Positions 35,046-48,193 of a stretch of DNA of 59,849 nt are shown here, piece by piece. The position numbers and the translations under genes are program-made. Origin of the DNA: Balamuthia mandrillaris. Lineage: Eukaryota. The stretch spans positions 496,001 through 555,849 of the forward strand of contig JAVKOQ020000003.1 in NCBI GenBank assembly GCA_031835245.2. Direction: 5' to 3'. The notes under the pieces are model-generated. The model worked only from the letters and a program-made list of their open reading frames with translations. It searched no databases and was not told the DNA's origin. Position 1 is the first letter of the stretch, and every line of letters starts with the position of its first letter.

Positions 35046-38000
35046 TTAGGATTGGAAGGAGCGCAGCTTCTCGTGCAACTCGTCCCAAAAACTTTGGGCA
35101 GCCCCTGGGGCGTCCTGTTTTTTCTCCCACACCACGCCGGATGTGTTGCCCAACGAGCCCAACGAAGAGGACGTACGAAGCTGCACGTGTGGATAGTTGG
35201 CCTTGCGCCACAGCTCCAATTGACGAGTGAGCCCCATGCTCATCGTTAGATCTACGTATTGCAGCCGTTCTGTTGTTGTTTTCGAAAAAGAGGTGTGGTG
35301 TGAGAGAGGGGCGTTAGTGTGAGAAAAGATCCACAAAAGTTGCAGCGATGTGGGATATCAAGGAGAAGAAGGGGGGGGGGGAAGAAGAACAAGAGAAGAG
35401 GAAGAAGGGAGGGGGAACGCAATGACGTACGAGAACGATCCACAATGGCCATCACAGTCTCATCGGCGAGTGGTATATCTCGCAGGTACAAGGACCGCAA
35501 ATCAGGTAAGTAAAGCGCCAAGCGTGGCAGCATGGTCTCTGGGGAGAGAATGGTGCACGCTGATATGTCCAAATAGGTCAACGAGGTCAGAGCGGTCAGT
35601 TTTCGTATGCTTCGGTTGGTGAGGCCTTTGCAGTCCATTAATGAGAGCTTTGCAAGACCTTCGAATGGCGAATAGGGCATCATGGTAGCCAATTCTTCTT
35701 CGCTGTAGGCAGCCGCAGGAGGGGGAGGAGAAGAAGCAGGCAAAGGAGGCGGTGGTGGAGCAGATGAAGACGGGGGAGGAGGAGCAGAAGAGGAAGCAGC
35801 AGAACTAGAAGGTGATGAGGAAGTAGCAGAGACAGAGGCATAGGTAGAGGTTTGTTTGGATGAAAACGCAGCGGTAAAGGCTGAAAGACCAGGCAAACCA
35901 TCATCAGTGATGTTATAGCATCCAGATACATCAAGCTCTTGCAGGTATGCCATCTTGGCAAAAGCGAAAAAGGATTCTCCCGTTATAGCCTTGCAGTACC
36001 GCAGCACCACCTGTTGCAGCGCTGGACATTGGCTAAGACTGCGTGCATCAGCATCGCTAAAGTATGTTTGCGAGAGATTCACAGTGCGCAGTCGTTGAAG
36101 CCGTGACAAATGTTGGAGAGAATGGGTGCTTACTTGAAGACACTCGCGCAAGCTATTGCGAGAAAGAGGGAGAATGAGAGAGAAAGAGATAGAAGACAAG
36201 GGTGAATAACATAGATTTCTTGCAAGAGTGTGTGAGAGAGAGGGAGAGGGAGAGAGAGCGCGAACGTACTTAAGTGAAGTGAGGGATGTGCATCTGGTAA
36301 TTATATGTTCGGCAACTCGATTGGAAAGTGAACGCATTCCAGCAACAGACAGTGATTGCAGATTTGGGAGCCTATCTACTAGTTTCTTTATGAGTGCTCC
36401 CTATTCATTTGACAAAATTGTCATAAGTGGTGCAAAAAAGTGAAAGCTGAAGAAAAAACGACAGAAGAAAAGAATAAATGAGGTTAGAGAAAAGGAGCCT
36501 ACGGATATGATGCATTTGGAGAGGTCAATCGATTGCAGAGAAGTTTGGAAGAATGAAGGCATGGACTTGATTTCTTTTACTAGAATTTGATCTGCAGAGC
36601 CAGACGGAGCCATAAACCGTTGAACCTCTTGTTGAGCTCTGTGCCCAACGTTTTGTGCAGCCACACTCTTCAAGCTGATTGTTTCAGCCTCAGGTGCATT
36701 CTCTTGCGTACCAGATGAATCAAGTACGGTCGAACGTGCTGGAGAAAGGAGATGCTTCAGAAATAGGTGTAAATCAAGCTGGTGGCATTCTCTCACGTAG
36801 AGCTCTTCTAACGAAGTTTGCATGCGTTGCATGACTATAATGAGCCGCTGTGCGGTGATTTGCTTGTTGCCGGAGAGATCCAAAGATTGGAGACTCAAAC
36901 GAGCAACATCCTTTGCGGAGAGTTTTGAAGCTGAATTAAACGAATGCAAAGTAGAAGTTTTGAGAGGATCCGTCTCTGTTGCAGCCAAGAAGAATACCGC
37001 TGCGTCGGTTAGCTTGTAGCAATTCCTCAGAGAAAGCGATCGCAACTCCTTCAACTCCAAAATACCGTTATGAAGAGGAATAGCATCCGTTGTAGCAGTT
37101 TTGTTGTCTGTATCTTCCTTTTCTTTTCCTTTTTCTTCATTCGCCTCTTTTCTCTCCTTACTGGTCTCTCCTTTCATCCTATCATCATTTGCTGGTCCTT
37201 CCCCCCTGCCTACACCTCTACCACCTCTTCCAATACCTCTCTGGCCTCTGCTAATAAAGCCACTGCCTCCTCTTCCTCTTCGTCGTTGAAGTTCTTCTGG
37301 AGAAGGAAGTGGTGGCAACACGGCAACCGGTTTCGCTTGAGTGCTGGCCAAAAGAAAGTCGGTGGCGGGGGAGACTTTACTGGGAGGCAAGGGCTTGTAG
37401 CTAGGGGCAACGAACGGGAAGAGCGCATTGTCCGTAATTTGGTTGTTGCATGCCAAGTCCAATACTTGCAGCTTTTTGCAGTGGCAGCACAGCATAGAGA
37501 TTACTCGGCTGCCGATCTTGGTGGAAGTCAGGCGAAAGAATTTTAGGCCAGGTAGTTTCGGGAAAAGGGCTTCGAGGGAGGGCGGGTCGATGCTGTAACA
37601 TCCTTCCATGTTCAAATCTTCTAGTGCCAATTTCTCGATGTCATGTAGCGCTGTAATTGTAGATAATGAGAATGTTAACATGTAAAATTGAAAACAAAAA
37701 AAAAAAAAAAAAAACTGAAGTACAAGTGTCATAAGGTTCCATCTGCAACGACTTTAATTTAGGACAATGCCGAAGCGAAAGTGATGTAAGCAAAGGACAG
37801 CATTGAAGCAGCAACTGAGTAGAGACAGCAGTAATGTGGCAGTAATCTAGCAGGCACGTTCTTAATGCAGGTAAGCCTGGATTTTTGTCTCCTCCCTGTC
37901 AACAAAAAAAAGAAACAAGAAGATAAGAACAAAGTGTAAAATCCCAGTATTCATAAGATGTCAGCAAACCTGCGGTTCGGCAGTGGGTTGCAGTCGTTGA

Positions 38001-41000
38001 ATTTTGAAGCGAGTGGTTGGTGCGTGAACCAGCGCTACCGACATGTCCTCAAAGTCGACTTCAAGGTCAGCATTGTTGGCGGTTTGAACTCTCGGCAATA
38101 CAAACTTTGCGGTACTTTCTTTCAGGTGTGCTTCTTGATTTGTTTCCTGTTGTTGCTGGTGATTGCTATTTAAGGAACATGAGCATTGGTAGCGTTGCCA
38201 TCGTTCTTCCAACATGTTGTTTTGCTCATGGGCAAATGGAACCCAACTTCTTTTTTGTTCTAAGTGTCCTGGTCGGCGCTCAAAGAGCCATTGGACTATG
38301 TGAAAGCAGAAAAAGCAAATAAATAAATATGGAAAAACAAGAATGCACATAATGACAAACAGTACAAAACGGAAAGCTTACCTGAGGTGCCGGGCGAATA
38401 TAACAATTCGAATACTTGGTCTACGTTATACAAAGCACGAAAATGTGTCAGTAGGGTCAATAAAAAGGGGAAAAAAGAAGAGGAAAGCAACAATACCTGT
38501 AATATATGTACAACGGGATAGGTCCAAGTGGACAATAAGGTGGCTATAGCAATGCAGTACACTGAGACAGCTGCTTTGAAGCCAAAGGCATCCACTCATA
38601 TCAAATACACGAAGCAAGTCAGGTTGTTCCTCAAGACAGGAAGTCACAACCTCCAAAAAGTTTTGATTGTAGACACACATCTGTAAAAGCGCGCGAAGCT
38701 TTGCCTGATAACACGCTTTCTTTCGTTCGGGCAGGGCTTGATCATCTGGTGAGGTGGCAAAGTGAATGATATTGCTGTCATTCATCTGTTGGTTGAAGTA
38801 AGAAAAGTATTTGGTGATGTAGCATTTGCACTGGGTGGCTTGGCGATGTTGAGGAATGCCCAGTTTCTCTAGCATGTGAAAATGGCTAAGCACATCAGCG
38901 GCTCTTCTTAATGTCAGGCCTTCATCCTTTGCACTTTGTGTCAGTGCAAAGGAGACCAATGCCTTACCCATTATAATGGCATTCTTGTTCCAAGCGCGTT
39001 TTCCTGTTATTGCCATGGATGTGAGAAACAGTGAAGAAAGAACTAGAGAGAAGAGGAGGAAACCATGTGTAGCTTGAAGAGATGCAGTAAGGAGGGAAGT
39101 GCTCGCAGCAGAGTGGACCGAGCCAAGGACATTGTATAAATAAGCAACTATCAATTCCATTTCTTTATGAAGCTTGGCTTCTGCCCGAAGTGGCTCCAAT
39201 AGCTCTTGCTTCAACCATGTTCTATATTTTTCGTAGTCTATACTCAAAAGAAGAGCAGCCTGCAATAATAATAATCAGATTTTGATAGAGACAGAGACAG
39301 AGAGAGATAAGAAAGTAAGAAAAAATTGGTACCTTGTCGTTTATATCCGAAGCACAAGTTACCAAGGAAGTGGGCCAGACGGTGGCTAGCCTACCTTTTC
39401 TTCGCCTATGACCATACAGGCCTAAGCCTTTACGACTAAGTACTCGTGCGTATTGCACCAACGACTTGATCCAGAGAACGAGGCATTGTTCCTCCTCACT
39501 ACCAAAAACTCTGTGTTGAACATGCTCTTTTCCTTTCATTTGGGTCAAACGACGCAAACGAGAGGTATCATAGGAAAATCTGTAAACAGAAGTTCAATTT
39601 AAGCAAATGAAGGAAAGGAGCAACAACAAAAACAAAGAAGTCCACAACCACAGAAAGGGCAAAAATAACAAAAATAAACAAGAGAAAAGCCAAAAGAGCC
39701 AGATACGAACTTGAGGGGATTGTTTGTGCGTTCTTTTGGAAGTGGCAGAGTAGGATCAGAGTGGGTTTTAGGGATTGATTTTTCACCTTTTATAAGGTTT
39801 ACGGTGGGAGAGGAAGCATAAAAGACTTCCTGTTGATATTATGAATGCAAGGAATTAGGCTAATAAGCAACAACAGATAAAGAAGACTGTTGAAGCGAAA
39901 TTTACCTCCGTTAAGTTGTCTTCAGAAGGTACATCCTCCTGATTTTTGTTGTCTTTCGAGGAAGAAGCGTCTAAGGCTCCGTTGGGCAGAGGAGTACATG
40001 CTCGCTGGAACCTGTAAAAGAGAAGAGGAGAAGGAAAGACCATGACTTTCTTTGCTTGGTGCGTCGGGTCAAACGAAGGAGTTGATGACGATTGTTTGAG
40101 CTCCATGAACTTGTTATGGGCAGGAAAGAGACCTGCTGGATTGAGAGAAGTGTATAACGCGTCGCAAATGGCCAATGCTCCTACAAGACCCCATCGTTGT
40201 CTCATTCTCTTTCGTTTCCGAGTTAATCCAACTGGTATAGTTTCTAATTTGATAACTTTGTTAGACACACGAAAAGGTAGGAAGAGAGCAAGAGTGAGAG
40301 AGAGAGGGAGAGAGAGAGAGATACCGTTTTGTTTTATAGATTTGCCGGTATCTTTATGGATGGCTTTCTCGTAGAAGAGATGAGCATCAGCAAGCAAGAC
40401 TGGAATAAGCATTTCCTCATTGGAATCTTCTCTGCTCTTATCCAGAAGCAAGGCTTTCGTCAGCATCTTATGGGCTTTTACAAACTTCTTATTGATGTGT
40501 TCGCTCTTCTCCTCTTCTTTCTGTTTCTCTTCTCTCGACTTGGAGGACACTAAAAGCCGTGTTCCTGAGACAGGTGGAGACGAGGGGGACCCTTGGAGTG
40601 AAGCATCCACTTCTAGAGCAGAGTTGGTTGGAATACCTCCAAGGCCGACCATGACGTCTTCCTGCGAACCAGAAAGCATGCCTTGCTCGATGAGCAGTTT
40701 TCCTAGTTCATAGTAAGCAGGGCCGTATGATGGATTTATGCGAATGCATTGCTTGAAGTTCTCGTGGCCGCGGTTTAGAAGGGAGATACGCTTGGTGGTG
40801 TCTTTGCCTTTGGTGCAGCTTTGAGCTTGCAGGGAGAACACTCGGCCCCATCGGTAGAGTGTTATGAAGTTGTTGGGTGCAGCCTGGAGAGCTTTTTCGA
40901 ACTTTTTGGAGGATAGTTCTAGTAATCTCATCCGTTCTTGACCTTTGGGCTTGGCCCGTGCGCGAAGATGGAGAGCTTGTGCCTCGCTGAAATCGATTAT

Positions 41001-43550
41001 GTTAAAGTGTTTCACCTACATAAAATAGTCTTTCGTAAGCTTACAAAGTGAGAAAAGAAGGGAAGGAGAATGAGGAAAAGAACAAAGAACATGGAAGAGA
41101 GGGAACTACGGTGGAAGTAATGCCAATAATGTCAGCAGGAACAAACTCAAAGTCAGGAGGTATTTCGTTCCAGGCGTCCAGCAACTGAAGCACGTCTTTC
41201 GATAGCGTAATGCCACACATTTCTGAAACCCGCACAAAGAGATGGTACATGTCGACATTTTTGGCCAGTTTTTGTCGGTCTTGCGCCATCTCTAAATCTG
41301 ACAGAGCACTATCGAACTTTTGTTGTGTTCTTTGCTTCCATTCTTTGTCCCAAAAGAGAGATCGCACGCTCGGGGAAGTGGGAGAAGAAGATAGAGTTGA
41401 AGAAGAAGGCAATAAAGTGGTAGAAGGGAAAGAAATTGAAGGAGGTGGGCCAGGAATAGGAGGTTCCGGTTTATGCTCTGCTGTCTCGTTATACTGTTGT
41501 TCTGAAGCGATCTTCTTGGGAAGAGTAGGCCATGTCTTCCCAGAGGACTTTAAACCTCTCATGGTTCTTCGTAAAAGTGAAGAGTTGCTCTGAGAAAGAG
41601 GGGCTTCGGTTTTGTTGTCCGTGTTTTCCCAGTCTTCATACTTGGTTTTGGCTGGGAGAGTTGAGGGTGGCACGAATGGCGGTGGAGCTGCTAAGTTTGG
41701 AGTAGAAAGTGATACGTTGTAAAGGTAGTCCGCTTCCTTTTCTGAAAGTAGAGTTTCTTCGTGATCGAAGTTTTTGTTGACTTCTTTCTCTTTCTCTTTC
41801 TCTTTCTCTTTCTCTTTCTCTTTCTCTTTCTCTTTCTCTTTCTCTTTCTCTTTCTCTTTCTCTTTCTCCTTCTCCTTCTCCTTCTCCTTCTTTTTTCGTT
41901 TCGCCAACCTCTCCTCCAGTAGCGATGGTTCCTCGTTGCTTTGTGCAGAGGATGATCTGTAAAGCATCTCATTCAATAGGTCCACTGCTATTTGAATTAC
42001 AGGTGTTGCTTCTTCTTCTTGTTGTACCTCACCATGCTTGTTAGATGGTTCCAAGTACGTTCTCCATCGCTCTCGTAGAATAACTTTAGCCATGCGGGCA
42101 GCGATCTCAGTCAACAGCAACTTGCGAATGCCTGAGTGGCTCACTAACGCCCTGACTCTTCCTAAATGCCTGTTTTTGTTGCGTACGCAGAAATAATAAT
42201 TGGGATCAGCATGACAGAACGTATTCAAGGAAAAAAGTATCACGGAGCTGACCTCATGTTGATGCCATGTTGGTGCATATCTTGAGTAATGTTATGATGC
42301 AATAAGACATCCCGCCGTAGTACAGCTTCTTGTTTCAGACCAACCGCTACAACCGCCTGTTTGATACTCTTTTGTGTGATAATATTAAATTGTTAGAATA
42401 GTGGTGTTTTTAAGAAATGGCAGAGTTTTATGGTACCTTAAGAAATAGAGATTCTTCTTGGGCATTAGTGGCTTCTTCAAGTTCTTCATTATCCTTTTTA
42501 GATTTTATGTAATAAGATGAAAAGAATATAAGGAGTGAGAGAGAGAGAGAGAGAAGGTAATGGAGGGATAAATACCTTGAGGGCATTGCTTTCCCCAAGC
42601 AGAGCACACTTCAATTTGAAAGCGTACTCAGGAATAAACTTGGTCAGCAGTTTTTCTGTTGCCTCTTTCACTTTATCGTTGTACTGCTGGTAGTTGGGGT
42701 CCGGTCTGGTGAACCCACTAAAAGCATCACTGGAGAGTGGTACATTCAGTCGAACCAATAATTCTATGTAGAACAGGAAATGCTTGTTTCTCAGCAAAGA
42801 AGCGTAAGCTTTTCAAAGAAGTAGAAAAAAAAACCTGGTCTCAACAGTTGGAACCAGATGCGGTAACCGTAAGCCCGTTGCTCTGGATATTGTGGAGGAA
42901 AAACTCTGGCACCTGATTTATATGATTTGGTATGAGAGAAAGAAAGAATAAAGAAAGCACAAAAAATAAAAGCTGAGACCATCAACGATATAAAAGCGGC
43001 CATCGTATCCTTTGTGTACTTCAACATCTACAGGAGCATAAAGCTTCTTGTGGCTTCTCGTACAACCTACAATCTAAAATTGAGGCGAGAGAATTTTTAG
43101 CAATAACTCAATAAAAAGAATGGGACAGAGTTTACATACATGACCGCTTAATCGTAGCTTGCTAGCTGCTTGTTTCATTAGTCGGTTGCATTGCTTGTCC
43201 GACCGGTGAACAGTCATTCCTGGTTTGCCGGCTGTATGTGAAATATTGCAACGTTTTCTCAGCTTCACGTTACAACCGAGAAACAACGAAATACTGACCA
43301 TTGGCGCAGCCATAAACGATGGTGTTGGAAGAAATAGGAAGGAGGCTGAAGGCAATCAGACGACAACCACGATTGTCGATAAGAGCACCCAAAGGAACAT
43401 GTAATCCCTTGATGTTGCAATTAAAATAGTTAATTAGCCCCTTGAGTTCGTGTCCAGCTGCTTTCATTGCATTCTCTACTCCGTGATACATTTGGTGAGA
43501 TGTATCCTTTGCGAACTTGAACAATATACCTGATAATAGCTCATCAGTGA

Positions 43551-43593
<43 letters not shown>

Positions 43594-44884
43594 CAGTACC
43601 AGCACAAATATATTTATCACCACCAGCCTGTCCTCCAAGCGACACTAAGAAAGAGGCAACATGAGCAAACACAAAAAAAATGCCAAGAGAGAAGAGTAAG
43701 TACCCGGTTTTAGTGTTTTCTGATGCAAAGGAAGGTGCTGCTCCTCGATGATAATTCTACCATACTGTTCTGCCGTGAAGACAAAGGACTGAGCGAGGTT
43801 GCTGAGTCTATTAAACTTGCTGATACTATCCTTCTCTTGGAGAAGACGCTGAAAGCGTTCGTTCCAATTATGTGATAGCTCCCTCTTTCCCTGTGGTTTC
43901 GGAGGGAGAAAGAGAGAGAAGCAGAGAAGCAGAGAAGCGAAGGATATGATAAGCATTGAAACAGGGAAAAGAAGAGAGCATAGGAACAGGCAAGCGAAGT
44001 AGCAGATGAAATAAAAGGCTGAAGGGAAGAGAGGCCATTACTTTAACAGCACGGTGGACAATGTTACGCTGGTCGTTATCAAACCGCACCGCAGAGAGCA
44101 AAGTCTCAGTGGCGAGTTGCTTCAACTGAGAATGGTCGTCCACATGAATGCCACACAGCTCCAGCACGAATGACAGCTTTTCCTTCAGCATTACTCGCTT
44201 TATTTCTTCCAGCTGTTGATCCACCGCTGAAACCATTTGAGTGGCAGCAGCCGAAGAAGAAATGAAGGAGGAAGGAGTAGTGGAAGGCAGTCGGTGTTGC
44301 GGTGTCTCTTTGAGCGTTGCTGATGCTTTTTGTGCATGCTCTCTCTGTGTGGACGTTTGCGGAGGCCGTACGCTATCTCCCACCACTTCCATGTATGTAA
44401 CATCCTCCTCACCAGCTTCTTCCGCATCTTCTTCGTGCCCTTCATCGTAGCGCCTTGTTGCTGCTGCAGCGGTGGTGATTGCGGTTGTTGTCTCGTTGAA
44501 TGGGCTCGGCGGAGCACCGCTGGAACCACGACCGCTACCCCCTGCGAGCAGAGCTTGTTTCTTTTGGGCTTCCTTGCGCTCCACCTCATACATGTACTCC
44601 ACGTCTACGTTGTACTGCCGCTCTATTCGTCGTGCACTCAACAGGGACGCCTCATGACCAGCCGCTTCCTCAAGAGTAAAATACTCGGGTATGGAGGAGG
44701 AGGAGGAGGAATCTGCCTCCCCCTCCCCGTCTTGGTTGTTCTCCTCCGTCGGACTAAATGTGGTGCTGGTGGTAGTCGGCGCAGTGGCGGTGGTGGGTGT
44801 TTGTCGGTGGTTCGAGCTGTCTTCACATCCGGTCTCCAGAGAGGTGATGACCTCATAGAAGTCCTGCTCTTCTTCTTCCTCCAT
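35046..44884 (-). CDS. Very large Clu-domain protein with TPR-like, WWE-like and LRR regions
   Basis: Clu-like NWNERFQ, GGQAGGDKY, GILFKFA, AMKAAGHELKGL, GYDGRFYIVD, LLRPEL, PLSSDAFS, HGIN.RHLGRV. TPR-like 40640-41015. WWE-like QWLF...WVPF...LEERW...VDFEDM. AMN1-type LRRs LxxLdLsxCxxITD at 35250-37870. Single-gene status is inferred from strand and exon continuity. Confidence 0.72.
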
Positions 44885-44970
44885 CCTCCTCTGACGGTGT
44901 TGTTCTTGCTCGTCCCGTCCTCCTTTTTTTTATTGTTGTTTTTTTTTCCTTCTTTCAATTTTTGGTGGTA

Positions 44971-44982
44971 CATGACGTCATG
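44971..44982. promoter_or_regulatory. Perfect palindrome CATGACGTCATG containing a CRE/bZIP core (TGACGTCA)
   Basis: Seen directly, ~90 nt upstream of the Clu gene ATG. Confidence 0.35.
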
Positions 44983-45149
44983 AGAAGTCTACAAAAAATG
45001 CCCACGCGACAGCTACGGAGGAAGCGAGGAACAGGAGCACCTAGGGCGCAGCAGTTTTTTTGGTACAATGCGAAGCTTGTATGACCGCTTCTCTCTTACT
45101 ACGCCGGACGGACGGCCGGACGGACGGACAAGGAGAAACCAAAATGGCA

Positions 45150-45526
45150 AAAAAAAATAGGGGAAAGGTCGAAGAGGTTGACGGCGTACCATGCGGGGTT
45201 AGAATTGGTAAATTCTAGGGGGATCCCCGCCTTGCCTCACGCCATCTAGGGCACGAGACAAAGGGCGGGGATAGAAACTTGTGTTATGGAGTTTAGCAAC
45301 TCTCCTTAGCGGTCGTGGCCGCCAGGGTCTATACCGAGCCCAGCAGCCGACGTCCAAAGTTCCCGAAGAAGGTACTTGTTTTCATTGAAGCTTTGAATAG
45401 TTCAAAGGAGTATCTTCGGTACTCCGCTACTTCGTTGCATTAAAGTCCTGGATGTTGATAAACGAATTAGCATGCGAAACATTTTTGCAACCTTCAAACT
45501 TCAAACCCTTTTTCTCTTTTTCCCCT
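45150..45526 (-). ncRNA. Candidate structured non-coding RNA, class unknown
   Basis: ORF-free region. The ends pair (AGGGGAAA/TTTCCCCT and AGGTTG/CAACCT), there are several internal hairpins, and a T9 run follows directly on the minus strand. Confidence 0.45.
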
Positions 45527-45722
45527 TGAAACTTGTCCCTCTCCTCCTTCCCCCATTTGAAGCGGTGCTTCTCCCCTCCCTCTTTTTCATTGTGGGTGCA
45601 CCAGGGTCGTCAAATAGAATATATCTTTAACTTACCGGGTCGTCCTGAAAATCCATAAAATCCGCGTCGTCATGAAAAATTAAGGTGGTGGGCAAAAAAA
45701 AAAGGCGAGAAGGAAGACGCGG

Positions 45723-47228
45723 ATGACGGAGCGGAGCTGTGCTACTGGTACTCTTGGGAGGGATGGGGAAGACCTGCGTGGAGGAGAGGTGGTGGCGGAG
45801 GAGACTCGCATCTTGTCCGTTCAGTCCCACGTGGTGTCGGGGTATGTGGGCAACAAGGCGGCCATCTTTCCATTGCAGCTGCTAGGCCTGGAAGTTGACT
45901 TCATCAACACGGTTCAGTTCTCCAATCATACTGGTAACCGTTTTTTTTCCAGTTCGTCTTTCTTCTTCGCTTATTGTTAACGTTCCGTTGCCTTTGTCTG
46001 TTTTCATAGGCTATGCCAAATGGGCAGGCGAGCGGACTACCGGCGAGCAAGTTCGCACGCTCTTTGAAACGATGGATTACAATGGTCTGCTTTGTCACTC
46101 CCACGTCCTCACCGGCTACATAGGAAGGGTGGAGGTCTTGCGTGCCGTGCTTGATGCCTTGAGACGGATGCGGGAAACCAACCCTGACATAACTTTCTGT
46201 AAGTTGACCACCTGCCTCTTTTTCAAGTCTTGGAGTCTTTTTTTTTTTGCCTTTGTTTCTCTGTTATGCTGCTTTCCAGCTCTTGTGCATGAAATAACGC
46301 AAAAGCCTTTTGAAATGGGTACTTTCGCTAGTTTGCGATCCGGTGATGGGCGATGATGGGCATCTCTACGTGCCGAAGGAGCTAGTGGAGGTTTACAGAG
46401 ATGAGGCCCTCCCTCTGGCCAACTTTGTTACCCCAAATCAATTCGAATGCGAGTTCGTATCTTCTCTCTCTCTCTCTCTCTCTCTCTCCTTCTCTCTCTC
46501 CCCTCTCTCTCTCTCTCTCTCTCTCTCTTCCCTCTCTCATGCTTCTGCTTCTCCTTCTCTGCTCCCTCTCTCTTCTGTCTTCTGTCTTTTTGTCGTTCGT
46601 TCTCGAAAGTTTACAAAACAAACTTTTGTTAATAAAGCTTCCCAGACAGCTAACAGGACAAGCCATTAAGACAGAAGAAGACGCCATAGCTGCTTGCGAC
46701 TTACTCCATGAGAAAGGCGTATCAGTGGTGGTAGTAACCAGCCTCTTCTACGGTGCTGAAGGAGAGATCATTCTGTTGGCAAGCCAACAAAAACGGAATA
46801 ACAGCAAACAAAGAGAAAAAGCAACAGAAGAAGACGGAGAACAAACAAAGAAGGCAGAGCGATGGCGCATCAGGATAAAGTCTTTCCCGGAACACTTTTC
46901 TGGCAACGGCGACCTCTGCTCAGCTTTGTTGTTGGCCTGGTCTATTCTTCATCCGGATAACTTGGCGTTGGCATGCGAGAAGGCCGTTGCTGGCGTTCAC
47001 GTCGTCTTGCAAAACACGCTACAGTATCACAAAGAACGTCAGCTGGAAGAAGCCAGAATGGAGAAGGAAGAGATAGAGAAGGAAACAGAGAAGGGACGAA
47101 GAGGACGCTCGTGGTCTGCGAAGGACAAGAACGGAGCGCCAAAGCCGATGGAACTTCGTCTTATCCAGAGCAGAAACGAGATCTTAAATCCACGTTGTTT
47201 GCCCTTCCGTGCTGAGCGGATCTCTTAA
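45723..47228 (+). CDS. PDXK: Pyridoxal kinase
   Basis: Motifs [67 protein letters not shown] and ELRLIQS. Confidence 0.95.
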
Positions 47229-47338
47229 AAACCATTACTCTTTTCTCTTATGCTCCCTGCTCTCTCTGCTCTCTCCGCTCTCTCTCGCTCTGCTCTCTCT
47301 CTCTCTCTCTCCCCCCTCCCCCCTCTCTCTCCCTCTCT

Positions 47339-48162
47339 TTACATTAAAACAAGAACGAGACTACAATACAAAACTGCAGAAAATGTATTCTAAAAGTCTC
47401 TCTTTCTTCTTTCACGAGAGGAACGAATGTTGGACGTGAACTCACCAATGACACCTCCAACAGCGCACATGACCACCAACCCAAATATCACGATGAGACC
47501 AATGAAAGCATCGTTCAGACCTTCTTCTTCATCCTCCTTCTCTTTTTTGTTCGTTGGTAGGTTCCCTTTTTGTTTTCCCCAACAAAGCTGGAAGATGAGA
47601 AGAGCGAAAGAGCAACAGAGAAGCAGGAGAAGAGACGAGATAAAGAACGAACCAATGCCTTGCTCGATGCCATCAAAGTAGGTCGGGATTATCCGATGGA
47701 TGTGGTCCATGATAGGAAGAATAAAAGCGCCGGAGAAGGTCTCTCCCACGAAGAATACGTTGCCTTTGCCCTGCAGAGCATCCACCTCCTCGAACCAATA
47801 CAGACCTGTCGCTTCTGTTGGCACTTTGGATGGCCACTCAAAGTCTTTGTGTCCATAGTATTCCTTTGGGAAGGGGGGCAAATAAAGAAGAACAACAACA
47901 AGAAAAAAAGTGAAAGAAGGTCAGGATGCTCCAGCCGTGCTGAACATGGTAAGTAAGGGGTCAACGCACCACGACAGAGGAGGAACGATCGTTAATGTCA
48001 GTTGTGAGGTCGTCTTCGATATCCTGCTCGGTGTCGGTTGATCCTTCAGAAACATAAATGAAGCCAGCAGTTATGTCGTTCTGAGGATATGGGCGAAACA
48101 GGGCATGGATGAGGTCCGTCGGGGTATCTTTGAGCAAAGTAAGAGACAGTGTTTAGAAAAAT

Positions 48163-48193
<31 letters not shown>

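Noticed and set aside
45195..45202. CTAACCCC (minus strand) as a telomerase RNA template
   Set aside because: It is not a 1.5-repeat template and lies near the predicted 3' end, partly within a hairpin.
45160..45510. Assignment of the structured region to RNase P/MRP, SRP or a group I intron
   Set aside because: Only fragmentary motif resemblance. CR-I/CR-V pairing, SRP helix-8 spacing and P7 could not be satisfied.
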